Shown here piece by piece: positions 20,745-30,941 of a stretch of DNA of 64,000 nucleotides; the first letter of the stretch is position 1, and every line of letters begins with the position of its first letter. Where the stretch lies: positions 24,493 through 88,492 of IMG/VR virus record IMGVR_UViG_3300012533_000003; one strand, written 5' to 3'. The translations under genes and the position numbers were made by a program. Source of the stretch: a virus. Under the pieces are notes generated by a model. It was not told where the DNA came from. It ran no database searches and saw nothing but the letters and a program-made list of their open reading frames with translations.

Positions 20745-22104
20745 AGACAGTCTTATACTTCTTGAACAAACAGTAATCGGGCACGCTCTGAACAGACAGC
20801 CATGCCTTGATCAATTTCGCTCTTGTCTTAAATGGGGCGACTTTAAAACTTCAAATCACAGAATTATAGCATTCTGTTTGATTAAGATGGGAGAGTTAAA
20901 TATCAACTCCCCAGATGAAGATTCCTTCCAACTAGTTATCGGAAGTTATCCGGAGAATGATAAAGATTACGGAGGGGCTGAATATATAAGAAAACTTAAG
21001 TTATCATTTTCAGAAGAAACAGATAATTATAAACAGTTTTTAGAAAAGTTTTCTCTTGAATCAACAAAAGCAAGGATTAATGATAAACATTTAGAAAGAG
21101 CATTTAGGTGTTTAAATGATCCATCATCATCGATCAATGATGTTAGAAAAACATTTCAGTCAATCGTTAATGAGATTGATGAAATTAAAGTAGATGATTT
21201 TGATTTTTTAAATACAAATGAACTTGGAAAGTATTACATTGAAGAATTAAATAATAGAACATCGCGAAGATTTTGCACAACAGGATTTCAAAATCTAGAT
21301 AGTTTCTTAGTTGAAGGATTTGTTCCTGGGAAATTGACTGTGCTTGCAGGGTTTACCGGAATGGCTAAGAGCACAATGTCAATTGCAATGGCGCATAGAA
21401 TTTCTGTGAATAATATTCCTGTTGCATATTTTTCATTAGAAATGCCGAAGCATTCTGTGTATGATAAAATTATCAGTTCAATGACTCATATACCAGTTAG
21501 TAGATTGATCAAAGATGTAAAGAACTTGACAGAAGAAGAAGTTTCAAGAATTTATTGTGCGATTGATGATCTTTCAAAGATCCCTCTTCTTGTCAATGAT
21601 AAAACAGGAGTTAGAATTGATGATCTTCAATACCAGATCAAGATTGCAAGATCGAAAGGGTATGATATTCAAGTTGCTTTTATTGATCTGTTCGGAAAGG
21701 TTGAAGAGGTTGATAGCGGTGATAACCTTGCTGTGAAAATTCAAAGGGAATGCAAGAGAATGAGAATATTGGCTCAGGAACTTGCAGTTCACTTTATTCT
21801 TGTTGTTCAGATCGGAAGACAAGGATACGGGAAAGATAGAAAGGGAGCTATTAAAAGACCGATTTTGACTGACATTAAAAATGCAAACGCATACGCAGAA
21901 GAATCTGACCTTGCATTACTTCTTCATAGAAATAAATACTACATGCCTGAACTTCAAGACGACATATTGGAATGCAATATTGCAAAGCACAGAATGGGAG
22001 AAGCAAATAAGAATATATATTTTGAATTGATGGCGGAATATTCAACGATCGTTCCAACGACAAAGTTTCCAAACGATTCTGCTCAATCATCCCAACAACA
22101 ATGA
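20734..22104 (+). CDS. dnaB: Replicative DNA helicase
   Basis: TTGF..LD, AGFTGMAKS, FSLEM, FIDL, IAKHRMG. Confidence 0.9.
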   Translation: MATKDSLILLEQTVIGHALNRQPCLDQFRSCLKWGDFKTSNHRIIAFCLIKMGELNINSPDEDSFQLVIGSYPENDKDYGGAEYIRKLKLSFSEETDNYKQFLEKFSLESTKARINDKHLERAFRCLNDPSSSINDVRKTFQSIVNEIDEIKVDDFDFLNTNELGKYYIEELNNRTSRRFCTTGFQNLDSFLVEGFVPGKLTVLAGFTGMAKSTMSIAMAHRISVNNIPVAYFSLEMPKHSVYDKIISSMTHIPVSRLIKDVKNLTEEEVSRIYCAIDDLSKIPLLVNDKTGVRIDDLQYQIKIARSKGYDIQVAFIDLFGKVEEVDSGDNLAVKIQRECKRMRILAQELAVHFILVVQIGRQGYGKDRKGAIKRPILTDIKNANAYAEESDLALLLHRNKYYMPELQDDILECNIAKHRMGEANKNIYFELMAEYSTIVPTTKFPNDSAQSSQQQ

Positions 22105-23150
22105 TAGATGTCGATCATCTTTTGTTAACTATTGATAAGCAATATGTTCTAAATATATTAGGGATTGAGAATGAAAGAAGAAGAAACAGTAGAGGATATG
22201 AGATATATTTCAAATGCGTTAATCCAGATCATGAAGATAAATCTCCTTCTGCAAGCATGGCGGAGATCGGGAAGTATGCCGGTCTGTTCAATTGCTGGGT
22301 GTGTCACGATCATGGCAATTTAATTCATATTGTTCAAAGAATTCTTAAGAAGTCGTTTGTTGATGCCTTAAGTTGGCTTTCAACAATGGTGACTTCTTCT
22401 GAATTAACAACTACAAAAGCATTGATGCTTAATCTTGATAAGTTGAAGCCAGAGCGTAAAAAACACGATATCGCCATAGCTGAGATTTGCGCTCAGTTGC
22501 CCGCAAACTATGCGCCTTGTGGTTTTAGCCACATGGTGGCACTCGACGCCGAGAGATACCTAATCTCGCGGCGCATAAGTCTAGAGACACAAAGAACTTA
22601 TATGTGTGGCGCGACTGAACACTATCAAATAGGAAGATGTGGCATCATTCCAATTTATATGTATGAAAAGATCGCTAGTTTATTTTTCTTTGAAACAAAA
22701 AGAGGCGGAGCAAAAAGATATCCAAAAGGATCTCCGATGAATGATATGCTTTTTAATTACGATAATGCCATCAAAACAAATACTTGTATTATTGTTGAAA
22801 GTATTCTTGATGTTCTTCAAATGCATACGCTCGGATTTAGTTCTGGAGTTTCTTGTTTCACAAATAGATTAAGTGAAACACAATGTGAATTGATAAAAAA
22901 GTTTGATAGAATAATTGTTTATCCAGATCTTGATGGTCTTCCGGGATGGCACCTTGTAACACAGTGCGTTAAAGAATTCGGTAAATCAATCGAAATCGCA
23001 TTTCCGCCGACCGGATACGATCCCGGAGATTGTGATGAAGTCCAGATGGCAAAGTCATTGAATTCAATTATTAAATATAGCGACTATGAATCAGATTATA
23101 TTTTTAGATCGAAAGATCAAGAATTTAAAGTGTTAGAAATTAAAAAATAG
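22101..23150 (+). CDS. dnaG: DNA primase (CHC2 zinc finger plus TOPRIM)
   Basis: CVNPDHEDKSPS...FNCWVC; IIVESILD; PDLD; DPGD. Confidence 0.85.
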   Translation: MIDVDHLLLTIDKQYVLNILGIENERRRNSRGYEIYFKCVNPDHEDKSPSASMAEIGKYAGLFNCWVCHDHGNLIHIVQRILKKSFVDALSWLSTMVTSSELTTTKALMLNLDKLKPERKKHDIAIAEICAQLPANYAPCGFSHMVALDAERYLISRRISLETQRTYMCGATEHYQIGRCGIIPIYMYEKIASLFFFETKRGGAKRYPKGSPMNDMLFNYDNAIKTNTCIIVESILDVLQMHTLGFSSGVSCFTNRLSETQCELIKKFDRIIVYPDLDGLPGWHLVTQCVKEFGKSIEIAFPPTGYDPGDCDEVQMAKSLNSIIKYSDYESDYIFRSKDQEFKVLEIKK

Positions 23151-23163
23151 CTTAGTTTTTTTG

Positions 23164-23191
23164 TTGCAAGGCAACCGTTGCACAGTATACT
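23164..23191 (+). promoter_or_regulatory. Sigma70-like promoter
   Basis: TTGCAA-16 nt-TATACT; AGGAGG RBS downstream. Confidence 0.55.
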
Positions 23192-23224
23192 TACACTATC
23201 TAGGTTCCATTACAGGAGGTTGCC

Positions 23225-23821
23225 GTGCTTATCGAAATTGTCAAGAGCAAAGAAAATGCTTTTGAAAAGCTAGAAAAACATTTCAAACCTTTCATGTTGA
23301 AAACAATTCAACCGTTTTTAAACGATAAATCGTTGATGTTGGTTGAAAGTCGAGAATCTCTATATAACATCTGCTTATTGAAATTGAACGAAGCGATTGA
23401 AGATTTTATTTATGAAGATAGTTTAACTCCAATTGATAATGAAAAAAGATTTGTTTCGATGGTAGTGACATATATTAGAAATATTCTTGTAGATCAGCAA
23501 TATGCGATAAATCTTCAAAAGAGAAAGCCAAAAATGGCTTTTATTAGAATCGATGATGGTTTTCTTGAGACAAAGGAAGAAATTGATCAAATTGATATTG
23601 AAGATAAGAAAGTCTGTAACGTTGTGCAGATTGCGTTTGTTGGAGAAGTAATAGAAAATCTCAAGAAAAAACTTGATAAGATGTCATTTGATATTGTTAT
23701 GTGTTTACTGAATGGGTATAATGTCGAAGGCGTTGCCGGGCAGATCGGAATTTCCATTACAAAGACAAGAAACATCTTATACAACAAAATTCAACCAATT
23801 GCAAGAAAATATGTCCAATGA
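23225..23821 (+). CDS. Sigma-70 family-like factor (SigH/ECF-like)
   Basis: AFEKL..FKP, F.SMVVTYIRNILVD region 2-like; C-terminal HTH GYNVEGVAGQIGIS. Confidence 0.7.
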   Translation: MLIEIVKSKENAFEKLEKHFKPFMLKTIQPFLNDKSLMLVESRESLYNICLLKLNEAIEDFIYEDSLTPIDNEKRFVSMVVTYIRNILVDQQYAINLQKRKPKMAFIRIDDGFLETKEEIDQIDIEDKKVCNVVQIAFVGEVIENLKKKLDKMSFDIVMCLLNGYNVEGVAGQIGISITKTRNILYNKIQPIARKYVQ

Positions 23822-24032
23822 ATCTGTTCATATTCGATTGAACTTTAACAACATGATCATGTCTGTATGTGAAGAAGAATCTCTTTGTCATAAAGAAGCT
23901 ATTTTCTGGATGCGTCCTTCAAAGTTAGACGACGTTGATATGTTTTGTATGATTCATGGAATTGAATTAATTCAAACAAAGGAGCATTTCGGGTTACTCG
24001 TAGGTAGTTCAATTGTAAAGGTAAAAAACTAA
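23811..24032 (+). CDS. Hypothetical protein
   Basis: 73 aa, fills gap, coupled both sides. Confidence 0.5.
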   Translation: MSNESVHIRLNFNNMIMSVCEEESLCHKEAIFWMRPSKLDDVDMFCMIHGIELIQTKEHFGLLVGSSIVKVKN

Positions 24033-24308
24033 ATGGATAACATTGTCGTTCAAACCACAAAAAAGATTAAACTCAAAAGAGTTCTTAGAATCCATTCTGG
24101 CGTTTCTCCTACTTCAGGAAAATTCCCTGTAATCCGCATCGGCGGAGAATGGTTAAGATGGATCGGATACGAATCTGGTAATTACGTTGAGGTTTTAATC
24201 AATGAAGACAAATCAATTACAATCAGGCCAACAACAAAAGAAGTTGCAGCACAAAGTTCTGTTGACGAACCAGGAAAAGAAGGATTGGTTTCTCCAGAGG
24301 ATAAATGA
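24033..24308 (+). CDS. SymE/AbrB-fold protein
   Basis: FPVIRIGGEWLRWIGYESGNYVEV matches the SymE-type P.I.L.G.WL...GF..G..V.V pattern. Confidence 0.65.
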   Translation: MDNIVVQTTKKIKLKRVLRIHSGVSPTSGKFPVIRIGGEWLRWIGYESGNYVEVLINEDKSITIRPTTKEVAAQSSVDEPGKEGLVSPEDK

Positions 24309-24684
24309 AAGGATCAAAACAGATCCTTTTAAATCTCAAGAAGAAGCGGTCGAATTTGTTCGACTTTGCAGAGACAGTTTTAGGAACACGTTTGGCCGTG
24401 ATACAACAGGCCATTTTATCAGATATATTCTCAAAGAAATCGGAATTGATACAATTGATTCCGAATCAACAAAGAAGAAAAAAGATTTTGCTTTTCGACT
24501 TATGGATCGCAACTCACACTTTCGAGAAAATAAAACGTCACTACGTAAGGCTATTCGAAAAGAATTCGAAGAAGAAACACTCGACACTATTGTCGACGAC
24601 ATCTGGAAGTCCTACCATGAAAAGAAAAGACATCCAAAAGCAAAATCAGCAGTCGACATCCACGGACAAGTTTCTTTATTCTAA
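24202..24684 (+). CDS. Hypothetical protein ending in QVSLF (clamp-binding-like)
   Basis: Protein-like composition; start uncertain (overlaps upstream gene). Confidence 0.55.
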   Translation: MKTNQLQSGQQQKKLQHKVLLTNQEKKDWFLQRINERIKTDPFKSQEEAVEFVRLCRDSFRNTFGRDTTGHFIRYILKEIGIDTIDSESTKKKKDFAFRLMDRNSHFRENKTSLRKAIRKEFEEETLDTIVDDIWKSYHEKKRHPKAKSAVDIHGQVSLF

Positions 24685-24836
24685 CAGATGCTCCGAAGAA
24701 TATTTTAATGATTTGATAAAGCTGATGGAACATGCGGTCAGTTTTTCAAATAAAAATGACCGCCAATGTTCTCTTGGAGAAGGAGGATTTGAAATGAATA
24801 ATTTAATAAATCACATAAGGATGATGCAAACAAAAT

Positions 24837-25718
24837 ATGACAAGTAGTGGATTTCTTCACTGCCATCTCCATACAGATCGTAGTCTTTTTGACGGGACAA
24901 TTAAAGTCTCTGATCTTGTTGAAAACGCTAAATCATATAGTTTGAAAGCTCTATGTGCAACAGATCACGGAAATATTGCTATTGTTCCAAAACTTTGGAA
25001 GGCCTGTAAAGATAATAAGCTGAAACCAATTTTTGGATTTGAAGCGTATATCGTTCCTGATAAAACATTAAAAGAACGCCCATACAATCATCTTATCATT
25101 CTTGCAAAGAATAAAATCGGATTTCAAAATCTAATTATTCTTTCAACTCTTTCAAGCCAATATTTTTACTACAAGCCGAGAATAGATTTTAACGATCTAA
25201 AGAAATACGGTGAAGGATTAATCATTACCACTGCGTGTATCGGAGGAGTTGCAGCCCCAGCTCTTGGAGAAAAAGGCCAAGCGGGTCTTCATGAATTGAG
25301 ATTGAAATATTTTGATCTTTTTAAAGATGATTTCTATATTGAAATTCAACCTTTTCTCTCTCAGATACAAAGAAAGTTTAATGAAGGAGTTATCAAATAT
25401 GCAAATGAATATGCAAATGTGAAATTAATTGCAACTGGCGATTGTCATTATTTTAGAAAAGAAGATAGAAATTTTCACGAACACTATATCAGATCTAAGA
25501 CAAACAATGATAAGAATAAAGTATGGAAATATCCATATGAAGGACCATATCATGTCAGGAATAGAGATGAAATGATCGAGCAGTTTGCAACACTTCATGG
25601 ATATGATGTCTCTGTTGTTTCGAAATATCGTGAAGCATTAGATGCTCCAGATGAAATCTGCGATAAAGTTGAAATGTTTGATTTAAAAGAAGGGATTAAA
25701 ATACCAAAGTTTCTATGA
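24837..25718 (+). CDS. dnaE: DNA polymerase III alpha, stand-alone N-terminal PHP domain
   Basis: HCHLHTDRSLFDG, TDHG, GFEAY, HLIILAKN, KPRID, TGDCHY; ends IPKFL. Confidence 0.9.
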   Translation: MTSSGFLHCHLHTDRSLFDGTIKVSDLVENAKSYSLKALCATDHGNIAIVPKLWKACKDNKLKPIFGFEAYIVPDKTLKERPYNHLIILAKNKIGFQNLIILSTLSSQYFYYKPRIDFNDLKKYGEGLIITTACIGGVAAPALGEKGQAGLHELRLKYFDLFKDDFYIEIQPFLSQIQRKFNEGVIKYANEYANVKLIATGDCHYFRKEDRNFHEHYIRSKTNNDKNKVWKYPYEGPYHVRNRDEMIEQFATLHGYDVSVVSKYREALDAPDEICDKVEMFDLKEGIKIPKFL

Positions 25719-26218
25719 CATTTATCTATTATGTTCCGTATATATATCTTCCGACAAATCAGGTAGCCGGAATTGCAGCCGTTTGTTATAGATATCTATC
25801 AATTATAAAAGACATTCATAACGGAGTCCCAAACAGAGACTCAACAATTAAGAACGTTCGTCCTTATATTTATCATCCTTCTGTTTTATCATTTCTGCTT
25901 AATAAATCAATAAATGAATATGCGTCGAGAAAACGCATCAATAAGACTAGATGGAAATTATCTGAATTAAAATTGAGATCTCGTCCGATTTCCGAAATGC
26001 TTCCTCCAAAAGAAGAGATTTTAGTTAGTCATCTCATTTCTTTATTTTGGAGGTGGAAAGGCAAGCTTCTTCCAGGCGGAAAGAAGATACCAAAATCGTA
26101 TTTAGATCTTATCAGGAAATACGATGCCTCATATAACCCTGAAGGGGAAGCTTGTAAGAGAATTGATTTCTTATCCGAATCTCATTATAACGATGACAGA
26201 TGGTGGTATAATGATTAA
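25715..26218 (+). CDS. Hypothetical protein
   Basis: 167 aa, ATGA overlap with upstream gene. Confidence 0.55.
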   Translation: MTFIYYVPYIYLPTNQVAGIAAVCYRYLSIIKDIHNGVPNRDSTIKNVRPYIYHPSVLSFLLNKSINEYASRKRINKTRWKLSELKLRSRPISEMLPPKEEILVSHLISLFWRWKGKLLPGGKKIPKSYLDLIRKYDASYNPEGEACKRIDFLSESHYNDDRWWYND

Positions 26219-26372
26219 GACATCAAAAAAGATAAGAAAGATATTTATCTCTTGGGATCATATTATTGGAGCGGCCGGACTTGATAAGAATATCAATGAT
26301 ATTCCTTTAGAGCAATCTAGAAAATCAATCTTAAAGTGGCTTAACTATTCAGGAAGTAAAAATGATTGTTGA
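26211..26372 (+). CDS. Small hypothetical protein
   Basis: Fills gap before clamp gene. Confidence 0.4.
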   Translation: MIKTSKKIRKIFISWDHIIGAAGLDKNINDIPLEQSRKSILKWLNYSGSKNDC

Positions 26373-27471
26373 CAGACAACGTCTTTGCAATGTGTTAGAG
26401 ATTCTAAGAACTGCTTGCGGGAATAAGACTCTTGATGTTGCAGACAATATCAAGTTTGCTGTTGATAAGAAAGAGCACAGACTAACTCTCAGTTCAACAA
26501 ACTTCATCGCGTTTATCAGCGTGGATTTTGGAGATCTTTCTCTCGTTGATATGAGCGATGTGCCTGATATGTTTCTTCTTCCTGCTGATCTCTTATATGA
26601 TATTATCAAAGCTAGCACAACAAATAGCGCCGAGTTTATCGGATCAAATTCTGATTCTGTTATCACGGTTATTACGAACGGGAAATATACGCTTAATAGA
26701 CACTCTCAAGAATCATCTTTTCCGACGGCTGACTATGCAATGTCGGAAATAGGTAAATGGAAAATTTCGGATCTTCTTCCAATGTGGGAAAAGGGATCTA
26801 TTGCGATAAGCAAAGATGTTACGAAGCTTTCATACCAGGGAGTTTATTTCGACGGGTGTTTTGTTTCTACTGATGCGAATAGACTTGCGGTAATGGCAGG
26901 GGTTTCTGATAAGAGCTTTTCTGCTTTGATTCCTCCGTCATTTGGCGATATTCTTAAAATGTGTAAGGGTAATGAAATTATTATCGGTCTCAATCCCACC
27001 GTAAAGACGCTTGTTCTCTATGATCAGTCGATTGGTCTTGCATCAGCATACAGACTTCTCGATGCGGATTACGTTGATTACAAGAGGCTGATAAATTCTA
27101 GATCATACCAAGTCAAATTCAAAATAAACAGATCTGAAATTCTCTGGGCGTTAAAGAGATTGAATAGTTTTACTGATAACGTCTATAAGGTCATTAACAT
27201 AGAAATCAATACAAATCAAAACATCAACGAGATGATCCTGACTGTCGAAAGAGGTAATAGCGGAGTTGAAAAGATTAAATTGAATAATTTTGAAGTTAAT
27301 CAAGATTCTAAATCGGAAAATCTCACTACGAGGAAATATCATATTCAAAATCTAGGAAGTGGAATTGAAGCAATTGAATCTGATGAAGTTTCGATGAGTC
27401 TCCAGAAAGACGGTAAGATCTGGATCGATGAAGGAAAGTTTACTTACCTTCTGACGACAATAATCAGTTAA
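26362..27471 (+). CDS. dnaN: DNA polymerase III beta sliding clamp
   Basis: 369 aa; LSSTN, SFP, YQGVYFD, STDANRLA, RLLDADYVDYKRLI, LKRL. Confidence 0.85.
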   Translation: MIVDRQRLCNVLEILRTACGNKTLDVADNIKFAVDKKEHRLTLSSTNFIAFISVDFGDLSLVDMSDVPDMFLLPADLLYDIIKASTTNSAEFIGSNSDSVITVITNGKYTLNRHSQESSFPTADYAMSEIGKWKISDLLPMWEKGSIAISKDVTKLSYQGVYFDGCFVSTDANRLAVMAGVSDKSFSALIPPSFGDILKMCKGNEIIIGLNPTVKTLVLYDQSIGLASAYRLLDADYVDYKRLINSRSYQVKFKINRSEILWALKRLNSFTDNVYKVINIEINTNQNINEMILTVERGNSGVEKIKLNNFEVNQDSKSENLTTRKYHIQNLGSGIEAIESDEVSMSLQKDGKIWIDEGKFTYLLTTIIS

Positions 27472-27472
27472 A

Positions 27473-27679
27473 ATGTCTCTTTTTGGCGATGAACCAGTCG
27501 TCAGTAAAAAGATAATTGAAAAGAAGAATCAGCCTGCCAAGAGAGTAGTTCCATTAAATAGTTCTGGCGGAATTGACTTTACAAAAATTGATGTCGAAAA
27601 TCAAGAAAAGCAAAAGAAAGAAGCAGGAAAGATAGCTCCTGAGATTGACTATGTCGGAGAACAAGAAGCCAATAGCTGA
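27473..27679 (+). CDS. Small hypothetical protein
   Basis: 68 aa, coupled. Confidence 0.5.
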   Translation: MSLFGDEPVVSKKIIEKKNQPAKRVVPLNSSGGIDFTKIDVENQEKQKKEAGKIAPEIDYVGEQEANS

Positions 27680-28217
27680 TTGCCCTGAATGTAATCAGGT
27701 GATGTCAGTTTTTGTTTCAGATACGAATAAAGACGAAGCAATTTGTCTGAAGTGTAAGACAGTATTTGAAATGAAACAAGATGATACACAGAATAAAAAT
27801 GAAGATCCTCCGGCAGATCTTCCGATTCCTGTTGAAAATAAACAGCAAGAAGTAGCGCCAGATACTCCTATAGCTGTTCAATTTTCTAAAGAAAAACCAC
27901 TTCAAATTCCTAGGTATATCATGCAATCAAGAGCTTGGAGATGGGCTCAAGAATCCAAGAAGACAGGAAACCCTTTCAGAGAAAGTTCTAACAGTCACAA
28001 AATATTCAACATTTTTGTTGAGCAGCCGCGGACTTTAGAAGAGTGTTTTATTCGATGCTCAACTCTTGGTTTGACTTCTTCATTTGGAATTCTGTTAACG
28101 ATCTATGAGACGATCACAACTTGCGTCGCATCAGGGCTCTTGTTATGGGATAGAAAAACTGGTAAGATTTCTGTTGCGACAGGGGCTCCTGTTCCAGCGC
28201 CGATAGCATTTGAATAA
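27651..28217 (+). CDS. Zn-ribbon hypothetical protein
   Basis: CPEC...CLKC at N-terminus. Confidence 0.55.
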   Translation: MSENKKPIADCPECNQVMSVFVSDTNKDEAICLKCKTVFEMKQDDTQNKNEDPPADLPIPVENKQQEVAPDTPIAVQFSKEKPLQIPRYIMQSRAWRWAQESKKTGNPFRESSNSHKIFNIFVEQPRTLEECFIRCSTLGLTSSFGILLTIYETITTCVASGLLLWDRKTGKISVATGAPVPAPIAFE

Positions 28218-30372
28218 TTCATTTGAAAAACTTGCAAGCATTTGCAGGCTGAATCTTCAAAGATTAATCGATTCAAAGAAGATATACGCAGATGCTTTTT
28301 CATATGTTGAACGGTTAGAAAGAGAACTTGAAGTATATAGATTGAGCGGATACTATGATATTATTTTAATCATTCAAGATTATATAAATTGGTCAAAGAA
28401 AAACGGAATTGTCGTCGGCCCAGGGAGAGGCAGCGCGGCAGGATCACTTGTCGTTTATCTTTCAGGGATTACAACAATTGATCCGATTAGATTTGGATTG
28501 ATTTTTGAAAGATTTATGAATCCTGGAAGAATATCTCTTCCGGATATTGATTCTGATTTTTCTGATAGAGATAAAGTTATTGAATATCTTCAAATAAAAT
28601 ATGGAATCAATAGAATTGCAAGGGTTGGAGTTCCTAGTCTGTTTAAGCCAAGGAGCGCTATCGACGAATTTGCAAGATCTTTGGGCATACCTTTTGAAGA
28701 AGCAAAGCTCATAAATAAACTTGTAACTGAAGATACATTTGATGAAAGCTTAAAAGCTAATCCTCAATTGAAGATTTATATTGACAAATACCCTTTGCTT
28801 TTTGATCTTGCGAAAAAATCAATAGGAAGCACACACCATATAACGACTCATCCAAGTGCGGTGATTCTTGCAGCCGGGCCAATTGGAAGATCGATACCTC
28901 TTACGAGAAGTAGAGGCGAAGATCAAGTATTGGTAACTCAATGGGATGGGGAAGAACTTGATTCTCTTGGGTTTGTTAAACTTGATATATTGACTGTCGA
29001 CAACCTTGCTGTCATAAACTCAACGGCCAGCTTACTTCCAGAGAATATAAGAAAAAATCTTGATGTTTACGATCTTCCTATAAATGATAGACTTACATTG
29101 AAAGGTTTTGAAAACGGAGAGACTGTTGGCGTATTTCAATTCGAAGAGGCAAAGTCAGTTTCTATCTTAAAATCTCTTCCTGGAATAACTTTTGACGAGG
29201 TTTGCGCAGTTAACGCTCTTATCAGGCCAGGACTTGACGTTGATCAATTTATATCGGCAAGAAATAATCACTCGACAATTAAATACACTATACCTCAACT
29301 CGAGCCGATCTTAAGAGAAACGAACGGAGTAATTTTATATCAAGAACAAGTGATGAAAATCTGTTCAGAACTTGCTGGATTTTCAATGGCGGAAGCCGAT
29401 AAGGTCAGAAAGATCATTGCAAAGACCGCAAATCAAAGAGCAGTTGATGGGCTAACGCCTGTATATGAAAAATTCAAAGAAGGATATTTAAAATCAAATC
29501 TAGACCCTAATAAGTTTGAAGAACTTTGGCAGAAGATACTTGCATGCCAGAATTATATATTTAACAAATCGCACGGCTACGCCTATGGAATGATCGCATA
29601 TATTGATATGTATTTAAAGACTCATTTCCCAATTGAATTTATGTGTTCATCGCTCAGAAGCAAGAGCAGAGAAAATATTATCAAAGAATGCAGAAGATTA
29701 AGAATTAAGATTCTTCCTCCTGATGTTAATTTAAGTGAAGAAAACTACTCTATTCAAACTTTGAACGGAGAGAGAATTATCAGGTTGGGACTTGAAAACG
29801 TTAAACACGTCGGAAGTTCAAAGAAAATTATTCAAAAGAGACCATACGCTTCAATTGAAGATTTTGTTTTAAAAGAACCATCTAGGCAGAACGCGATTGA
29901 CTCTCTTGCTTGTGCCGGGGCTTTTGATTCTTTTATGCCGAGGCAAGATGCGTTGACTCAGATCAAGGGGATAGAACCGACCCAAACAGAGATGGCGATG
30001 TTTGAAAAAGAGTCAATAGGGTTTTACCTTTTTGCAAATCCTCTTGAACAACACAATGACGTTCTGCAAATATGTATTGACGCCAATAGCAACAGAACCC
30101 AGAATGCGAAGGTTGGAGGCATGATCGTTCAAGTTAAACACCATCAAGCAAAGACAGGTATGATGGCATTCTGCAAATTGATGACACTAGACGGAGAAAT
30201 TGAAGTTGTCATGTGGCCGAGCGATTTTGCCGCTGAAGGTCATAGATTAAAAGTTGGCAATATATTCATATCAAATGGGAAACTAACAGATAGAGGAAGT
30301 TATTCGATTAAGAATCTTCAAATGTTAAGCGAAGATCAAAGAAAAGAACAGAGCGAAACTCCTGCGTTTTAG
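28210..30372 (+). CDS. dnaE: DNA polymerase III alpha, catalytic part (palm/fingers/HhH/OB), no PHP
   Basis: GPGRGSAAGS, FERF, PDIDSDF, KLDIL, GVFQFE, YQEQVM, FNKSH, PPDVNLS. Confidence 0.95.
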   Translation: MNNSFEKLASICRLNLQRLIDSKKIYADAFSYVERLERELEVYRLSGYYDIILIIQDYINWSKKNGIVVGPGRGSAAGSLVVYLSGITTIDPIRFGLIFERFMNPGRISLPDIDSDFSDRDKVIEYLQIKYGINRIARVGVPSLFKPRSAIDEFARSLGIPFEEAKLINKLVTEDTFDESLKANPQLKIYIDKYPLLFDLAKKSIGSTHHITTHPSAVILAAGPIGRSIPLTRSRGEDQVLVTQWDGEELDSLGFVKLDILTVDNLAVINSTASLLPENIRKNLDVYDLPINDRLTLKGFENGETVGVFQFEEAKSVSILKSLPGITFDEVCAVNALIRPGLDVDQFISARNNHSTIKYTIPQLEPILRETNGVILYQEQVMKICSELAGFSMAEADKVRKIIAKTANQRAVDGLTPVYEKFKEGYLKSNLDPNKFEELWQKILACQNYIFNKSHGYAYGMIAYIDMYLKTHFPIEFMCSSLRSKSRENIIKECRRLRIKILPPDVNLSEENYSIQTLNGERIIRLGLENVKHVGSSKKIIQKRPYASIEDFVLKEPSRQNAIDSLACAGAFDSFMPRQDALTQIKGIEPTQTEMAMFEKESIGFYLFANPLEQHNDVLQICIDANSNRTQNAKVGGMIVQVKHHQAKTGMMAFCKLMTLDGEIEVVMWPSDFAAEGHRLKVGNIFISNGKLTDRGSYSIKNLQMLSEDQRKEQSETPAF

Positions 30373-30379
30373 GTGACTT

Positions 30380-30940
30380 GTGACTCCAGAATTTGAAGAG
30401 TGGGCAAGATCTCAATGGAAAAAGATTGAGAAAGATCTTAATCCGTGTAATGAAAATAATGAGATCGACCCTCTTAAATTGAATTCAATACTTGGTAGAT
30501 TCACTCAAAATCTAACATGGTTAATCGTTATATCAGAAATAGAATCAAACAATTTAGCAAAAGCAGAAATAGAGTTTGAACAGTGGCATAAGAAGCAATA
30601 CGCATCTGCTCATAGAAGTCTTGTTGAAGCAAACGGCGGAATCGATAAGACAACCGTTAAACTTGTTGAATCAAAAATAGTCCTTGATATCGGCGAAGAG
30701 GAATACAGAAGGAAAATGGTAATTACTGATCTAAGAAGTAGAGCGGAGCTTCTCAAAAACTTCGTAAAAACACTTAATCAACAAGCGACCGTTTTGCAAG
30801 CTCTATCTGGAAATCTAAGAAGCGAAATGTTTTTTGCTAGCGGAGTTCCTCTAGCGAAGAAAGAAACAGAAGAGCAAAGAACAGCTCGTTCAAAATCTTT
30901 TTTGAAATCCGTAATTTCTGAAAGTAAACTAGAGGGCTAA
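30380..30940 (+). CDS. Coiled-coil protein, UvsY-like recombination mediator candidate
   Basis: Helical, beside SSB; C-terminal LSGNLRSEM. Confidence 0.4.
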   Translation: MTPEFEEWARSQWKKIEKDLNPCNENNEIDPLKLNSILGRFTQNLTWLIVISEIESNNLAKAEIEFEQWHKKQYASAHRSLVEANGGIDKTTVKLVESKIVLDIGEEEYRRKMVITDLRSRAELLKNFVKTLNQQATVLQALSGNLRSEMFFASGVPLAKKETEEQRTARSKSFLKSVISESKLEG

Positions 30941-30941
30941 C

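Noticed and set aside
24305..24847. 180-aa ORF overlapping 24202-24684
   Set aside because: Most of it overlaps a more protein-like frame; only the last ~40 codons may be a real small gene
25719..28209. Intron or split intein joining the dnaE halves
   Set aside because: Gap is filled with coupled genes including dnaN; no intein terminal motifs
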